Numbered from the stretch's first letter, positions 18,834 to 29,455 are shown. The stretch is 40,198 bases of DNA from Candidatus Omnitrophota bacterium (GCA_043812495.1 JBDRMG010000024.1:1-40198), one strand, 5' to 3'. Notes: a model not told the origin generated them from the sequence alone. Translations and numbers: made by a program.

Positions 18834-20552
18834 ATGAGAATTTCTAAAATCCAACCCGTTGTCATTTTCCTCACAATCATTTTCAATCCCCTTGTTGTGC
18901 TAGCAGAAAACGTGGAGTCGATTGTTTTGAGTGATGCCATAGAAGATTATCAGTTTTGGCTGGCGGGAACTTCCATCCTTGCGTCGATTCTCGTTGTCTT
19001 TGTCCTTTTGATGATCTCCTACAACTTGAAGCTGAGAGTTTCCCGCAAGCGCCTTGAAGCCGAATTGATACAGCGCACAGAGATGCAAAAAGAATTGATG
19101 CGCCGGGAAAAGAATTATCGCGAATTAGTCGAGAATGCCAATAGCGTTATTTTGCGAATGGATATGCATGGGAATATAACGTTTTTCAACAGGTTTGCTC
19201 AAGAATATTTTGGATTCACGGAGAATGAAATATTAGGAAAAAATGTTGTGGGCACGATAGTTCCTTCGATTGATTCCACCGGATTTGAGTTGACGAGATT
19301 AGCCAAGGAAATTATTGAACACGCGGAACGTTATCAGTTTAACGAAAACGAAAATATGACCAAAGACGGCCGTCGCGTCTGGGTGGCTTGGACCAATCGG
19401 GTCGTGGATGACGAAAAAAGCGGTTCCAAGGAAATTCTCTGCGTCGGAACAGATATGACCGAACGAAGGAAACAGCAACAGCAGCTCACAAAATTGTTCC
19501 GGGCCGTTGAACAGAGTCCCGTGAGCGTTGTCATCACAAATTACGAGGGCATCATCGAATACGTTAATCCAAGCTTTTTTCAATTTACAGGCTACTCCAT
19601 TGACGAGGCCCTGGGGCAAAATCTCCGTATTTTGAAATCAGGCGTTCATCCTCAGGAATTTTATAAAAATCTTTGGGATACGATTACAGCCGGAAAAGAA
19701 TGGCGAAATGAAATTTGCAACAAAAAGAAATCCGGTGAGCTGTATTGGGAGTTAACCGCGATTTCCCCAATTCGTAATGTCCAGGGCGTGATTACCCATT
19801 TTCTGGCCATCAAAGAAGATATCACGGATCGCAAGCAAGCTGAAAAAGTTATGTTTGACGTCTATAATGCCAAAAATGAATTTATCTCTATTGTGTCCCA
19901 TGAATTGCGCACACCCCTGACCGCAATCAAGGAAGGAATCTCTATCGTCCAGGAAGAAGAGACAGGCCGCCTCAACAAGAAGCAGCTGGACTTTCTTAAT
20001 TTGGCCAAGCGTAATACGGAACGGCTCTCTATTTTGATTAATGATGTGTTGGATTATCAGAAGCTGGAAGCCGGGCGTATGGAGTTTGCACTTGAGGAGG
20101 GCGATATCAATAGCGTTATAGAAGAAGTCAGGCAGACCATGGAGCCTGTGGCGACGAATAAAGGGATTCAGCTCCACGTGCGTTTTGGGGAAGATTTGCC
20201 GAGAGTAAAATTTGACCGCAATCGCATCTTTCAGGTCTTGGTCAATTTAGTCGGCAATGCCGTTAAATTCACGGATCAGGGTTCTGTGACCATCGAAAGC
20301 TCAAGACCCCAGCAAAGCCTGCATGTTTCGGTCATCGATACCGGGATCGGCATTAAGGCTGAAGACATGAATAAGCTTTTCCAAAGCTTCAGCCAGATTT
20401 CCAGTGAGCAAAGAAAAAAGGTGGGCGGCACGGGATTGGGTCTTGTGATATCGCGGCGTATTATGCAGCAACATGGCGGGGATATATGGGTTGAATCAGC
20501 GATTGGGAAAGGAAGTAGTTTCTCATTTTGGTTGCCGGTCCAGCAGCATTAA
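18834..20552 (+). CDS. Membrane-anchored PAS-PAS sensor histidine kinase
   Basis: SHELRTPL, NLVGNAVKFT, DTGIGI, GTGLGL. Confidence 0.92.
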   Translation: MRISKIQPVVIFLTIIFNPLVVLAENVESIVLSDAIEDYQFWLAGTSILASILVVFVLLMISYNLKLRVSRKRLEAELIQRTEMQKELMRREKNYRELVENANSVILRMDMHGNITFFNRFAQEYFGFTENEILGKNVVGTIVPSIDSTGFELTRLAKEIIEHAERYQFNENENMTKDGRRVWVAWTNRVVDDEKSGSKEILCVGTDMTERRKQQQQLTKLFRAVEQSPVSVVITNYEGIIEYVNPSFFQFTGYSIDEALGQNLRILKSGVHPQEFYKNLWDTITAGKEWRNEICNKKKSGELYWELTAISPIRNVQGVITHFLAIKEDITDRKQAEKVMFDVYNAKNEFISIVSHELRTPLTAIKEGISIVQEEETGRLNKKQLDFLNLAKRNTERLSILINDVLDYQKLEAGRMEFALEEGDINSVIEEVRQTMEPVATNKGIQLHVRFGEDLPRVKFDRNRIFQVLVNLVGNAVKFTDQGSVTIESSRPQQSLHVSVIDTGIGIKAEDMNKLFQSFSQISSEQRKKVGGTGLGLVISRRIMQQHGGDIWVESAIGKGSSFSFWLPVQQH

Positions 20553-20593
20553 ATTTCTAGATTTTGGAAAACAGATTTTCGGGAGCAGAGTCT

Positions 20594-20965
20594 ATGAAAA
20601 GAACTATTTTGTTGATTGATGATGAGTCGGATATTGTCCAGGTCGTTAAGTTTCGCTTAGAAAGCCTGGGTTTTGCGGTGGTGACGGCGCAGAGCGGAGA
20701 AGAAGGGTTAGCGAAGGCGAAAACAGAAAAAGCAGACCTGATTTTGCTGGATGTCATTTTAGGGGATACGACCGGTTTTGAGGTCTGCAAGAAAATAAAG
20801 AATGAAATTGATCCTCAAGCGAAAGTGATTATTTATACGGCCAAGATTGACGGCGTGGATGCCAAAAAAGCCAGAGAATCGGGAGCGGACGCCTTTACCG
20901 TGAAAACGGGCGATATGGATCCGATTAAAGAGGCGATTGACAAGGTGATCGGTTTAGAAAAATGA
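20594..20965 (+). CDS. Single-domain response regulator
   Basis: ILLIDDE, DLILLD; GGAG RBS before ATG 20594. Confidence 0.88.
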   Translation: MKRTILLIDDESDIVQVVKFRLESLGFAVVTAQSGEEGLAKAKTEKADLILLDVILGDTTGFEVCKKIKNEIDPQAKVIIYTAKIDGVDAKKARESGADAFTVKTGDMDPIKEAIDKVIGLEK

Positions 20966-21046
20966 TAAGGCATGGCTGGCTCTCAAAAATCCTTGTTCTT
21001 GTTAGGGGAAAGATTTATTTATGACCGTTACGAGAGACCTTTTCGC

Positions 21047-21700
21047 ATGAAAACTAAATGCATTTCTTCAATCATAATTTTAACTATTCTCATTTCTTCA
21101 ACTGTTGTATTTGCCGAGGACGACTGGGAGCATTGGGGAACATATACCTTGAATGTTAAGATCACGGATAAACTCAAATTCGTCCTGAGCCCAACAATTC
21201 GCCTCAGGGACGATGCAACAGATTTCTATTACTGGGAATCCAGTCAAGGTTTGGCCTACAAACTGAACGATCATTTTGAATTGGGATTGCATCATCTTTA
21301 TGACGATAGCAAAAATTCCTCAGGCCAATGGACAGAGGAGAACCGAGTCAAAGCAGAAATTACTGGAAAAGAAAATATTGGCCCGTTTACGTTAAGCGAT
21401 CGCGTACGTTATGAATACCGTGTGGTGGGAGGAAAACCAAAATCCAGCATCCGCAACAACATCAAGATTGACACGCCTTTTAAATATTTGATTTCAAATT
21501 TTCCCCCATATATCGCTAACGAATTTTTCTATGATTTTCGCATCAATGATTATAATGAAAACCGTGCCCAGTTCAGCGCTTCAAAAAAAATTAACAATAA
21601 TACAACTTTTAGCTTATATTATATGTTGAGAAGCAATAAAGCAGGAAGTGACTGGGCGGGAACTAATGTGATAGGAACAGTTCTATCTTCTTCGCTTTAG
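21047..21700 (+). CDS. DUF2490-like outer-membrane beta-barrel protein
   Basis: Signal peptide, EENR, RVRYEYR, PYIANEFFY, NENR; alternating strands. Confidence 0.75.
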   Translation: MKTKCISSIIILTILISSTVVFAEDDWEHWGTYTLNVKITDKLKFVLSPTIRLRDDATDFYYWESSQGLAYKLNDHFELGLHHLYDDSKNSSGQWTEENRVKAEITGKENIGPFTLSDRVRYEYRVVGGKPKSSIRNNIKIDTPFKYLISNFPPYIANEFFYDFRINDYNENRAQFSASKKINNNTTFSLYYMLRSNKAGSDWAGTNVIGTVLSSSL

Positions 21701-21850
21701 CATGTGTGCCTTTAATAGGCAAAGGTTGACAATTCGCTAAAGATACCGACAATAAAATAAATGCCAATTGTCATTTCGCGAAGCCGCTTAACTTCGAAAC
21801 GGAACTTGAGAAGACTAGAAATATTAGCCTAGGACCCAAGGAGAGATTGT

Positions 21851-23107
21851 ATGAGTAAGGAAATTATCAAAGTCCTTATCATTGAGGACAATCCTGATGA
21901 TGTCAATTTGTTACGTGAAATGCTCAGAAAGAGCGGGCGGGTTCAGTTTATAATTGAAAACGCAGAAGATCTTTCAAAAGGAATTGAATATCTTAAAGGG
22001 GGCCGTTACGACGCCTTGATCCTTGATCTGGGCTTACCGGATAGCGATTATCTTGAGACCTTAAGAAGAATAAAAGAACAGACGCAGGAGATGCCTGTGT
22101 TGGTTTTAACCGGTCTTTCTGATGAAGACATTAGTCGACAAGCTTTGCGCGAAGGGGCTCAAGATTATTTAATTAAAGGGGAGTTTAACAGTGAATTGCT
22201 GAAGCGCGCTATCTACTATGCCATCGAACGTATGAAGACGGAAAAAGTTCTAAAAGAAACAAAAAGACAAATGGAGTTTATTTTTGCTGCCACAAAGACA
22301 AACATGGATATTATTGATGCGGAATTTAATTTGGTCTATGTGGACTCTCACTGGCGAGAAATTTACGGCGATCCCAAGGGAAGAAAATGCTATGAATATT
22401 TCGCCGATCGCAAAACAATGTGTCCGACTTGCGGTATCCCCAAAGCTTTGGAAAGTAAAACGACCGTTGTAACGGAGAAAGTTTTGCCAAAGGAAGGCAA
22501 CCGGCCCATCCAGGTCACAACCACGCCATTTAAAAATGAAAAGGGAGAGTGGCTTGTCGCCGAGGTCAATGTAGATATTGCCGAACGTAAGACAATGGAG
22601 GAAGCATTAAGAAGAAGCGAAACGCTTTTTCGCACGGCAGTAACCAGTCTGCCTATCGGCGTATTCTTATTGAATGAACAAGGTGTATTTATACTCTCTG
22701 AAGGGCAAGGCCTCGAGATTATGGGAATATTTCCAGAAAAAGTACTTGGGAAATCGGCCTTTGAAATATTTGCCGATAATCGGAATATAATTGAATGCAT
22801 AAGATCCGCCTACAAAAAAGAGAAACAAAAGTTAATGATAGACGTTGATGTGTATTCGGTTCAAGTTGAGTGCTCGCCGATTGTTGATCAAGCTGGTCAA
22901 GTGGAAAATGTTATTGGTGTTATGATTGACCTGACCGATCGCATTAAAATAGAAAATGAGTTGAAAGAGAATTTGACAGAACTTAGACAGTTCCAGCAAG
23001 TAACAATTGACCGGGAAAATAAAATGATCGAACTAAAAAAAGAAATCAACGCATTGTCTCAAAAGCTCGGAAAGCCCGTGCCCTATGATTTATCATCGAT
23101 TGAATAA
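21851..23107 (+). CDS. Receiver-PAS-PAS protein without a recognisable output domain
   Basis: LIIEDN, LDLGLPD, GAQDYLIK; two PAS-like segments; coiled C-terminus RENKMIELKKEIN. Confidence 0.85.
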   Translation: MSKEIIKVLIIEDNPDDVNLLREMLRKSGRVQFIIENAEDLSKGIEYLKGGRYDALILDLGLPDSDYLETLRRIKEQTQEMPVLVLTGLSDEDISRQALREGAQDYLIKGEFNSELLKRAIYYAIERMKTEKVLKETKRQMEFIFAATKTNMDIIDAEFNLVYVDSHWREIYGDPKGRKCYEYFADRKTMCPTCGIPKALESKTTVVTEKVLPKEGNRPIQVTTTPFKNEKGEWLVAEVNVDIAERKTMEEALRRSETLFRTAVTSLPIGVFLLNEQGVFILSEGQGLEIMGIFPEKVLGKSAFEIFADNRNIIECIRSAYKKEKQKLMIDVDVYSVQVECSPIVDQAGQVENVIGVMIDLTDRIKIENELKENLTELRQFQQVTIDRENKMIELKKEINALSQKLGKPVPYDLSSIE

Positions 23108-23108
23108 G

Positions 23109-23228
23109 GAAATAGTAGAATTTTAATTTGCTGCACCCCACACCAACTTTATTGAAGTTGGTGTGGGGGTCAATTCGCGCATATGATTTATACTCCCTAT
23201 CGGTCGTATAAATCATGCGCTCATTGAA
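23109..23228 (-). repeat. Modular palindromic element, copy 3
   Basis: Shares GAAATAGTA, ATTTGCT, GGGTCAATTCGCGCATATGATTTA and TAAATCATGCGCTCATTGAA with the reverse complement of 29327-29455, but both hairpins differ. Confidence 0.88.
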
Positions 23229-23280
23229 AAGAAAACCATTGAGGATCAGGATCAGACGATGAATAGAGACGAGAAGATCT

Positions 23281-25359
23281 ATGAAGCGAAAAATAAGTCT
23301 TAAAGTAAAAATTATTTTTGTTGTCTGTTCAATTGCACTGGCGATTTCATCCATAAGTATTATTTTGGGATATTTATGGGGTTTAGATTTATTACGCAGT
23401 ATGGCTGGCGAGAACCATGTAAGAATGGCTAAACTGATGGCCAGCTCTATAGGTCAGATGATCGACCGTGAAATAAAAACACTTCAAGCCATTATGACGG
23501 ATATCGACTATATTGAAGCAGTTGAAGAAGCGAATACCCGCTATCATAATATAAGCTCAGAAGAGATTCAGACATACATGGCTGATATGGATAATCAATG
23601 GATCCATGGCTCGGAGGGCAATTTTGTCATAAAAGAGTATCTGGAAAAGCGAATAAGTCAAAAACTTAAGGTATTGCGTGAAGAAGATGAAGATATCGCT
23701 GAAATATTTATTACTGATCAGATGGGAGGGTTGGTCGCATCCTCCGGCAAAACAACCGATTTTTATCAAGCTGATGAGAAATGGTGGAAAGAAGCCTTTC
23801 ATGAGGCCAAAGGAAACATTTATGTAGAAAAAATCGAATTTGATGAGCCCGCAGGGATGTTAAGCATTGCTTTTGCGATTCCAATAAGAAACAGTGAAGG
23901 TAGAACTATCGGTGTATGCAAATGTGTCATCGATATCAACAATTTTTTTAGATTCCTCAAAGATTTTGCGGTTGGTCAGACGGGGCATGCTGTTTTGGCC
24001 AATAAAGAAGGCGATATCCTCTATCATCAGGGCATCAAGCCTTTTAGCATGAAAATTCTTAAACCGCAAGATTTTCAAAAACTATTACAAAATAAGCAGC
24101 AATGGAGCATCATGCAAGAAACCCATATCCACAAAAAGAAAATAATTATTTCATTTGCAAAGGTCAATCAACCTTTTCTGCTAGAAAGAGGCATCGTATG
24201 GATCGTCGCTATTGATCAGGATTACAAGGAAGTGTTTTTCCCGTTAAGGATATTTGCCGCTCAGAGGATTGTGCTTTTATTTTTTCTATTAATTATTTTG
24301 CTGCCGATAGGGTTCTTTATTGGAGAAAAATTTATCAGGCCTATTCGAACTCTTCAAGTAGCAACAAAGAGAATTGCGCAAGGAGATATGGATCATGTCA
24401 TTGAAATCAAAACAGGAGATGAAATCGAAGAGTTCGCCGATTCCTTCAACAGAATGACAAAGAAGCTCAAGGAAACAGCCACATCAGTATTAACGCTTAA
24501 TCAAGAAATAGCTATACGTAATGAAATGGAGCGTAACTTAAAGAAATCTAACGAAGATTTGGCCAAGAATGGGAAGGCGCTTAAAAACATTTTATTCGAT
24601 TTAAAGAAAACGCACGATGATTTGCAAAACGCACAACAACAACTGCTGCAGTCTGAAAAAATGGCGGCCGTCGGCCAATTGTCCGCAGGGATCGCTCACG
24701 AAGTAAAAAATCCTTTATCCATAATTTTGTTAAGCATCGAATCCCTTGAAAGCAAAATTGATCATTTAAGTGAGCAAAATAAAATGTATATCAAAATGAT
24801 CAAAGATGCCTGTGAACGGGCCAATAAAGTTGTCGTTGATCTTCTTGATTTCTCAAGATATTCTGAGCAGGAATTTGGTTACGTCAAGATACTTCAAGTG
24901 CTCAAAGACACTGTTTCCTTGGTAGAGCATAGCGCGAGAATTCAAAATGTCATGATTCAACAAGAATATTCAGGTGAGACCGATATGATCATTGAGGGCG
25001 ACCATATTTTATTACAGCAGGCTTTTCTTAATTTATTCACGAATGCGTTAGATGCGATAGAAAACACTGGTACGATAACCGTTAAGACTCATTTATTGCA
25101 AGATTCTGAAGAAATCGATAATATTAGGATTGAAGTTTCAGATACAGGCTCTGGCATGCCCCCGGAAGTTACTGCTAAAATTTTTGAGCCGTTTTTCACA
25201 ACAAAAGAACAAGGCAAAGGCACAGGGTTGGGTTTGAGTATGGCCTTCATGATCATTGGACGACATCATGGGAATATTCATGTGGAAAGCGAAGTAGGAA
25301 AAGGGACGAAATTCATTATAACATTACCGATATGTTCTGAAGATGAAAAAGGGGGCTGA
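23281..25359 (+). CDS. Sensor histidine kinase with Cache-like periplasmic domain and HAMP (NtrB-type)
   Basis: Two TM helices, TGDEIEEFADSFNRM, SEKMAAVGQLSAGIAHEVKNPL, GTGLGL. Confidence 0.92.
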   Translation: MKRKISLKVKIIFVVCSIALAISSISIILGYLWGLDLLRSMAGENHVRMAKLMASSIGQMIDREIKTLQAIMTDIDYIEAVEEANTRYHNISSEEIQTYMADMDNQWIHGSEGNFVIKEYLEKRISQKLKVLREEDEDIAEIFITDQMGGLVASSGKTTDFYQADEKWWKEAFHEAKGNIYVEKIEFDEPAGMLSIAFAIPIRNSEGRTIGVCKCVIDINNFFRFLKDFAVGQTGHAVLANKEGDILYHQGIKPFSMKILKPQDFQKLLQNKQQWSIMQETHIHKKKIIISFAKVNQPFLLERGIVWIVAIDQDYKEVFFPLRIFAAQRIVLLFFLLIILLPIGFFIGEKFIRPIRTLQVATKRIAQGDMDHVIEIKTGDEIEEFADSFNRMTKKLKETATSVLTLNQEIAIRNEMERNLKKSNEDLAKNGKALKNILFDLKKTHDDLQNAQQQLLQSEKMAAVGQLSAGIAHEVKNPLSIILLSIESLESKIDHLSEQNKMYIKMIKDACERANKVVVDLLDFSRYSEQEFGYVKILQVLKDTVSLVEHSARIQNVMIQQEYSGETDMIIEGDHILLQQAFLNLFTNALDAIENTGTITVKTHLLQDSEEIDNIRIEVSDTGSGMPPEVTAKIFEPFFTTKEQGKGTGLGLSMAFMIIGRHHGNIHVESEVGKGTKFIITLPICSEDEKGG

Positions 25360-25361
25360 TC

Positions 25362-25853
25362 ATGGATGCTAAGAAGAAGATCCTCGTTGTGGATGATGAA
25401 AAAGATCTATGTACCCTCATGAAAGGAATATTAGAAAACAGCGGGCAATATGAGGTTTTTGTGACTTACGATGGCCTTGAGGCCAAGAAGCTATGCCAAA
25501 AGGAGAAGCCGGATCTCATCTTCCTGGATTTTATTATGCCGAAAATAAGAGGCGATGATGTGATAAAATTACTTAAGAAGAATCCTGAAACGAAGGATAT
25601 CCCTATCATTATCATCAGCGGTTTTGGAGAATTGACTTGCTTGAGAGAAGAGGAACAATGGAGAGCATTCGTCAATATGGATAGCGTCCGGCAAGAAGGA
25701 AAGGTTCCCGGTAAGCTTAAACTGCCAAAGCTCGTTCCGAGCTTTCTTCGAGAACTTGGAGCGGAATCTTTCTTGCCCAAGCCATTCTCTAAAGAAAAAC
25801 TTCTTGATACCGCAAAGAGTGTGCTCAAAAAGACGTCGCAGACGAAAGGATAG
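25362..25853 (+). CDS. Response regulator receiver with internal insertion
   Basis: ILVVDDE, DLIFLD, KPF; extra residues after IISG. Confidence 0.88.
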   Translation: MDAKKKILVVDDEKDLCTLMKGILENSGQYEVFVTYDGLEAKKLCQKEKPDLIFLDFIMPKIRGDDVIKLLKKNPETKDIPIIIISGFGELTCLREEEQWRAFVNMDSVRQEGKVPGKLKLPKLVPSFLRELGAESFLPKPFSKEKLLDTAKSVLKKTSQTKG

Positions 25854-25861
25854 AAATTTCT

Positions 25862-26809
25862 ATGAGCGTGAAGAAAATTCTTTTGGTTGAAGACGAGCAG
25901 AATTTGAGGTTTCTCTTAAGCGAGAAGCTGAAAAGCGCTGGTTATGAAGTCTATGAAGCCGCCAACGGCGAGGAAGGCTTCGCGATAGCCCAGAAGATAA
26001 AGCCCGACCTGATTATTTCTGATATTATCATGCCCAAGAAAGACGGTAATCAATTTTATAAGGAATTACGTAAGATGGATTTTGGCAAGAATATCCCCTT
26101 CATCGTTTTAACAGCCAGAGCAAAGATGAGAGATTATTTTGAAGTTATCGAAGTGGATGATTTTCTTGAAAAGCCCGTGAAAACTGAAAAATTACTAACG
26201 ACGGTTAAAGATGTTCTCAAAAAGAGAGAACCAAAAATCGTCTCCAAAAAGACATTTCAAGATGATCATGCTGATGAAGATGTTCTTCGTTCTGGCATGG
26301 CTGCCGTGATTCCGGAGGAAACAGAGTATATCATTGATAAGGGTATGAGCGAAAAGTTTATCGTGGATGTGGGGCCCCAGAAAATCAATATAATAAAGGA
26401 CGATCAAGAATCTAAAAAAAAGTCTGGCAAAAAAGGAATACAAAAGGGTAAGAGAGTATTAATCGTTGAAAATGACATGACGGTTTATCGCCATTTGAGC
26501 GAGATGTTAGCGCAGAGTGGTTTCGAAGTCAAAGTTGCTCATACACCCGCTTCGTGCTTCGAAGAAGCCGTGCGATTTCGACCAAATATTATCTTATCGA
26601 AATATATTTTGCCAGGGATGAAGGTGGAGAAATTTCTAGAAATTTTGAGAGAAATGTCGAACTTAAAAGATATTCCCATCATTGTTTATAATTATCGCGA
26701 ATCAAGAGGCGATAAAAACGATATATTAAGCGCTGGCGCGTCCTTCTTTATGATAGACGCAAAGGAAGAGGAACTTCTTAATAAAGTCAGAGAATTCCTC
26801 GGAAACTAA
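25862..26809 (+). CDS. Tandem receiver protein (second receiver degenerate)
   Basis: First: LLVEDE, DLIISD, KP. Second: LIVEND, NIILSK. Confidence 0.85.
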   Translation: MSVKKILLVEDEQNLRFLLSEKLKSAGYEVYEAANGEEGFAIAQKIKPDLIISDIIMPKKDGNQFYKELRKMDFGKNIPFIVLTARAKMRDYFEVIEVDDFLEKPVKTEKLLTTVKDVLKKREPKIVSKKTFQDDHADEDVLRSGMAAVIPEETEYIIDKGMSEKFIVDVGPQKINIIKDDQESKKKSGKKGIQKGKRVLIVENDMTVYRHLSEMLAQSGFEVKVAHTPASCFEEAVRFRPNIILSKYILPGMKVEKFLEILREMSNLKDIPIIVYNYRESRGDKNDILSAGASFFMIDAKEEELLNKVREFLGN

Positions 26810-26880
26810 TTCTCTGATTTTTAGACCACATCTTTTTATTAGCCGACGACCCTACACTTGATGATTAGCCTTTTTCCCCA

Positions 26881-29172
26881 ATGACTGATTCCCTCAAGCA
26901 ATATTCCAAAAATACCGCCAGGCTGGCCTATATCCTCGGCCTAACATCGATTATTTCTCAAATTCTTTTACTGCGGGAATTGATTGTTGTTTTTGACGGC
27001 AATGAGATGGCCTATGCCGTGATTCTCGCGAGTTGGTTATTTTGGATTGCCGTTGGCAGCCTCACCATGAGCCGGTTCGTCGCTCGATGGAAAGACCCCA
27101 TCCTGGTGCTGATTCATTTATTATGGCTCATCTTTTTTATCCTCCCGGGAACCATCATTGTGACCCGTTTCTTAAAAGATATTATGCATGTGCAAACGGG
27201 TGCGTCGATCGAACTCTTTGCGATGATTCGGGCATGCTTTCTTTTAGTAGCTCCCCTGACTTTTCTTTTAGGAAGTGTCTTTACGTTACTCTGCCGATTA
27301 CCGATCAAGAATAAGAATGAAACAGCCCGCGTGGGAGCCATCTATCTCTGGGAAGCCAAAGGAGCGGCCATTGGCGGATTGGTTTTTAGTTTTGTTCTGA
27401 TCCATTTTTTGTCCGCCGTGCCTATGGCCTTCTTGATCGGGCTCATTAATCTTTACGCCGCGATGTCTCTGGCTGGGCGAAGGAATAAATCTTTTTCGGC
27501 CGGACTCTGTATTTTTGTCATGATTTTCATGCTGTATCTAAGCGGTGGAATCAATCAGCTGGATCAGTATACGCGTAGAATCCAATGGAAAGGTTTTGAT
27601 GTCGTTGATATCAGAGACTCCGTATACGGCAATCTGGTCTTGACCAGGCAATCGGATGGTTACAGCTTATTCGAAAACGGTTTGCTGTCCTACTCGACCG
27701 ATGATGAAGCCACAAGCGAGCAGAGCGTTCATTTTTCCCTTCTTGAGCATCCGGATCCACAAAATGTTCTTTTGGTCGGTAATGGCGTGGGCGGTGCTTT
27801 ACGGGAAATATTAAAGCATCCTGTTTCGCATGTCGACTATGCGGAGCTCGATCCTGAAATTATTGAAATTTCCAAAGATTATCTTCCCTTTGATGTGCTC
27901 AAACCCCTGGAGGATCAGCGCGTCAGCATTTGGTTTGTCGACGCACGATTATTTATCAAACGCGCGCGAAAGAATTACGACGTCATGATCATCAATCTCG
28001 CCGATCCCCATACCGCGATGATCAATCGTTACTATACGGTTGAATTTTTCGAAGAGTGCAGGCGGATTCTTAAATCCGGAGGCATTTTATCGCTGGGTGT
28101 TTCTTCAAGCGAAAATTATATCAGCGAAGAAACGCGTCAATTCTTACGCTCCGTTCATTCCACATTACAGGAGGTCTTTGCCGATGTGATTTCAATTCCC
28201 GGGGATCTCAATATCTTTTTGGCCTCTTCCAAAAGTAATCTTTTAACCGTTGATCCTCAAGAAATCATCCAACGCCTCCAAAGCCGGCATCTTGCCACAA
28301 AATATATTCGGGAATATTATCTTCCCTTTCGATTAAGCCCCGACCGCATCCACGATATTGAGGATATTCTTAAAGAAAAAGGCGTCATCAATACCGATCT
28401 GCGTCCGGTAACGTATTTTTATAATATTTTATTCTGGTCGACGCGGTTTAATCTGTCTTTTAAGAATTTTCTCGGGGCCTTTGGCTGGATGAAATTCAAA
28501 TACCTTTTTGCGATTCCGTTTTTTCTTTTCTTCTTTGGCCTGGTATTCAGGAAGAAAATCAATCACATGGCCATCACAGCCTCGATCATCACGACAGGAT
28601 TCTCAGAAATTGTGTTTCAGCTGATCGTGATCATTGCCTTTCAGACGCTTTACGGTTTTGCGTATTACAAAATCAGCCTGATCATGACGTCCTTTATGAT
28701 CGGGCTGGCCCTGGGAAGCCTGAGTGCGCAAAAGGTCATGTCTAAATCCATCGCGTTCATTTTCAGGATTTATCGTATCACTCAAACGGCCATATGCGTC
28801 TATCCGTTGCTTTTGCCGATCATCTATGTTGTTTTTCGCGATGCCCCAAGCACACAAAACCTGACTTTTTTCGCAACTACTTTTACCTTTTTGCCTATTA
28901 TTGCCGGGTACATCGGAGGTCTTCAGTATCCTTTGGCGACGCATCTGATCTCTTCAACGAGTTCCGAGAAAAAAGAAAGTGCTTTTTTTGCAGGGTCGTT
29001 GTACGCGGCGGATACCTTTGGGGCAGCGGTAGGGGCTTTGGTTACAGGGGCGCTTTTAATACCGTTATGGGGGATTAAGGCGGTGGTTTATTTTTGCAGC
29101 GCGGTCAATTTTGCGGTCTTGCTCTTGTTGCTGATGGCGCCCTATCCGAGGAGGTCATCGGCGCGCGAATAG
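26881..29172 (+). CDS. Fused multi-pass membrane / spermidine-synthase-like methyltransferase-fold protein
   Basis: TM blocks flanking DSVYGNL, LLVGNGVGG, YAELDP, VDARLF, YYTVEFF. Confidence 0.85.
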   Translation: MTDSLKQYSKNTARLAYILGLTSIISQILLLRELIVVFDGNEMAYAVILASWLFWIAVGSLTMSRFVARWKDPILVLIHLLWLIFFILPGTIIVTRFLKDIMHVQTGASIELFAMIRACFLLVAPLTFLLGSVFTLLCRLPIKNKNETARVGAIYLWEAKGAAIGGLVFSFVLIHFLSAVPMAFLIGLINLYAAMSLAGRRNKSFSAGLCIFVMIFMLYLSGGINQLDQYTRRIQWKGFDVVDIRDSVYGNLVLTRQSDGYSLFENGLLSYSTDDEATSEQSVHFSLLEHPDPQNVLLVGNGVGGALREILKHPVSHVDYAELDPEIIEISKDYLPFDVLKPLEDQRVSIWFVDARLFIKRARKNYDVMIINLADPHTAMINRYYTVEFFEECRRILKSGGILSLGVSSSENYISEETRQFLRSVHSTLQEVFADVISIPGDLNIFLASSKSNLLTVDPQEIIQRLQSRHLATKYIREYYLPFRLSPDRIHDIEDILKEKGVINTDLRPVTYFYNILFWSTRFNLSFKNFLGAFGWMKFKYLFAIPFFLFFFGLVFRKKINHMAITASIITTGFSEIVFQLIVIIAFQTLYGFAYYKISLIMTSFMIGLALGSLSAQKVMSKSIAFIFRIYRITQTAICVYPLLLPIIYVVFRDAPSTQNLTFFATTFTFLPIIAGYIGGLQYPLATHLISSTSSEKKESAFFAGSLYAADTFGAAVGALVTGALLIPLWGIKAVVYFCSAVNFAVLLLLLMAPYPRRSSARE

Positions 29173-29315
29173 TATTTGGCCTCTTTAAGGCCGGGCTTTT
29201 CTTTTTTTCCTGTCCCGAAAAACTCGAACATTTTCCTGAATTGAAATGTGACAAGAAGGGTCAAGAAAGCGCCGATTGTTTTTATAAAATCCCGCCGGTT
29301 GATCAAACCATTCAT
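29142..29315 (-). CDS. Unannotated 57-aa protein with twin-arginine motif and C-terminal KEAKYY
   Basis: Manual translation MNGLINRRDFIKTIGAFLTLLVTFQFRKMFEFFGTGKKEKPGLKEAKYYSRADDLLG*; GGGAG RBS; below the ORF-track cutoff. Confidence 0.75.
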   Translation of the reverse strand: MNGLINRRDFIKTIGAFLTLLVTFQFRKMFEFFGTGKKEKPGLKEAKYYSRADDLLG

Positions 29316-29326
29316 TATTTTCTCCC

Positions 29327-29455
29327 TTCAATGAGCGCATGATTTACATGATCCCGGATTTAAGTCGGGAGAATGTAAATCATATGCGCGAATTGACCCA
29401 GCCCGCCATTGATTCAGTAGCGGGCTGGGTATAGCAAATAAGAATTTACTATTTC
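29327..29455 (+). repeat. Modular palindromic element, copy 4
   Basis: TCAAT-GA-GCGCATGATTTACAT-GA-TCCCG...CGGGA-GA-ATGTAAATCATATGCGC-GA-ATTGA then ACCCAGCCCGC...GCGGGCTGGGT. Confidence 0.88.

Noticed and set aside
29094..29342. Plus-strand 82-aa ORF
   Set aside because: Shadow of the minus-strand 57-aa ORF, which has an RBS and recognisable motifs
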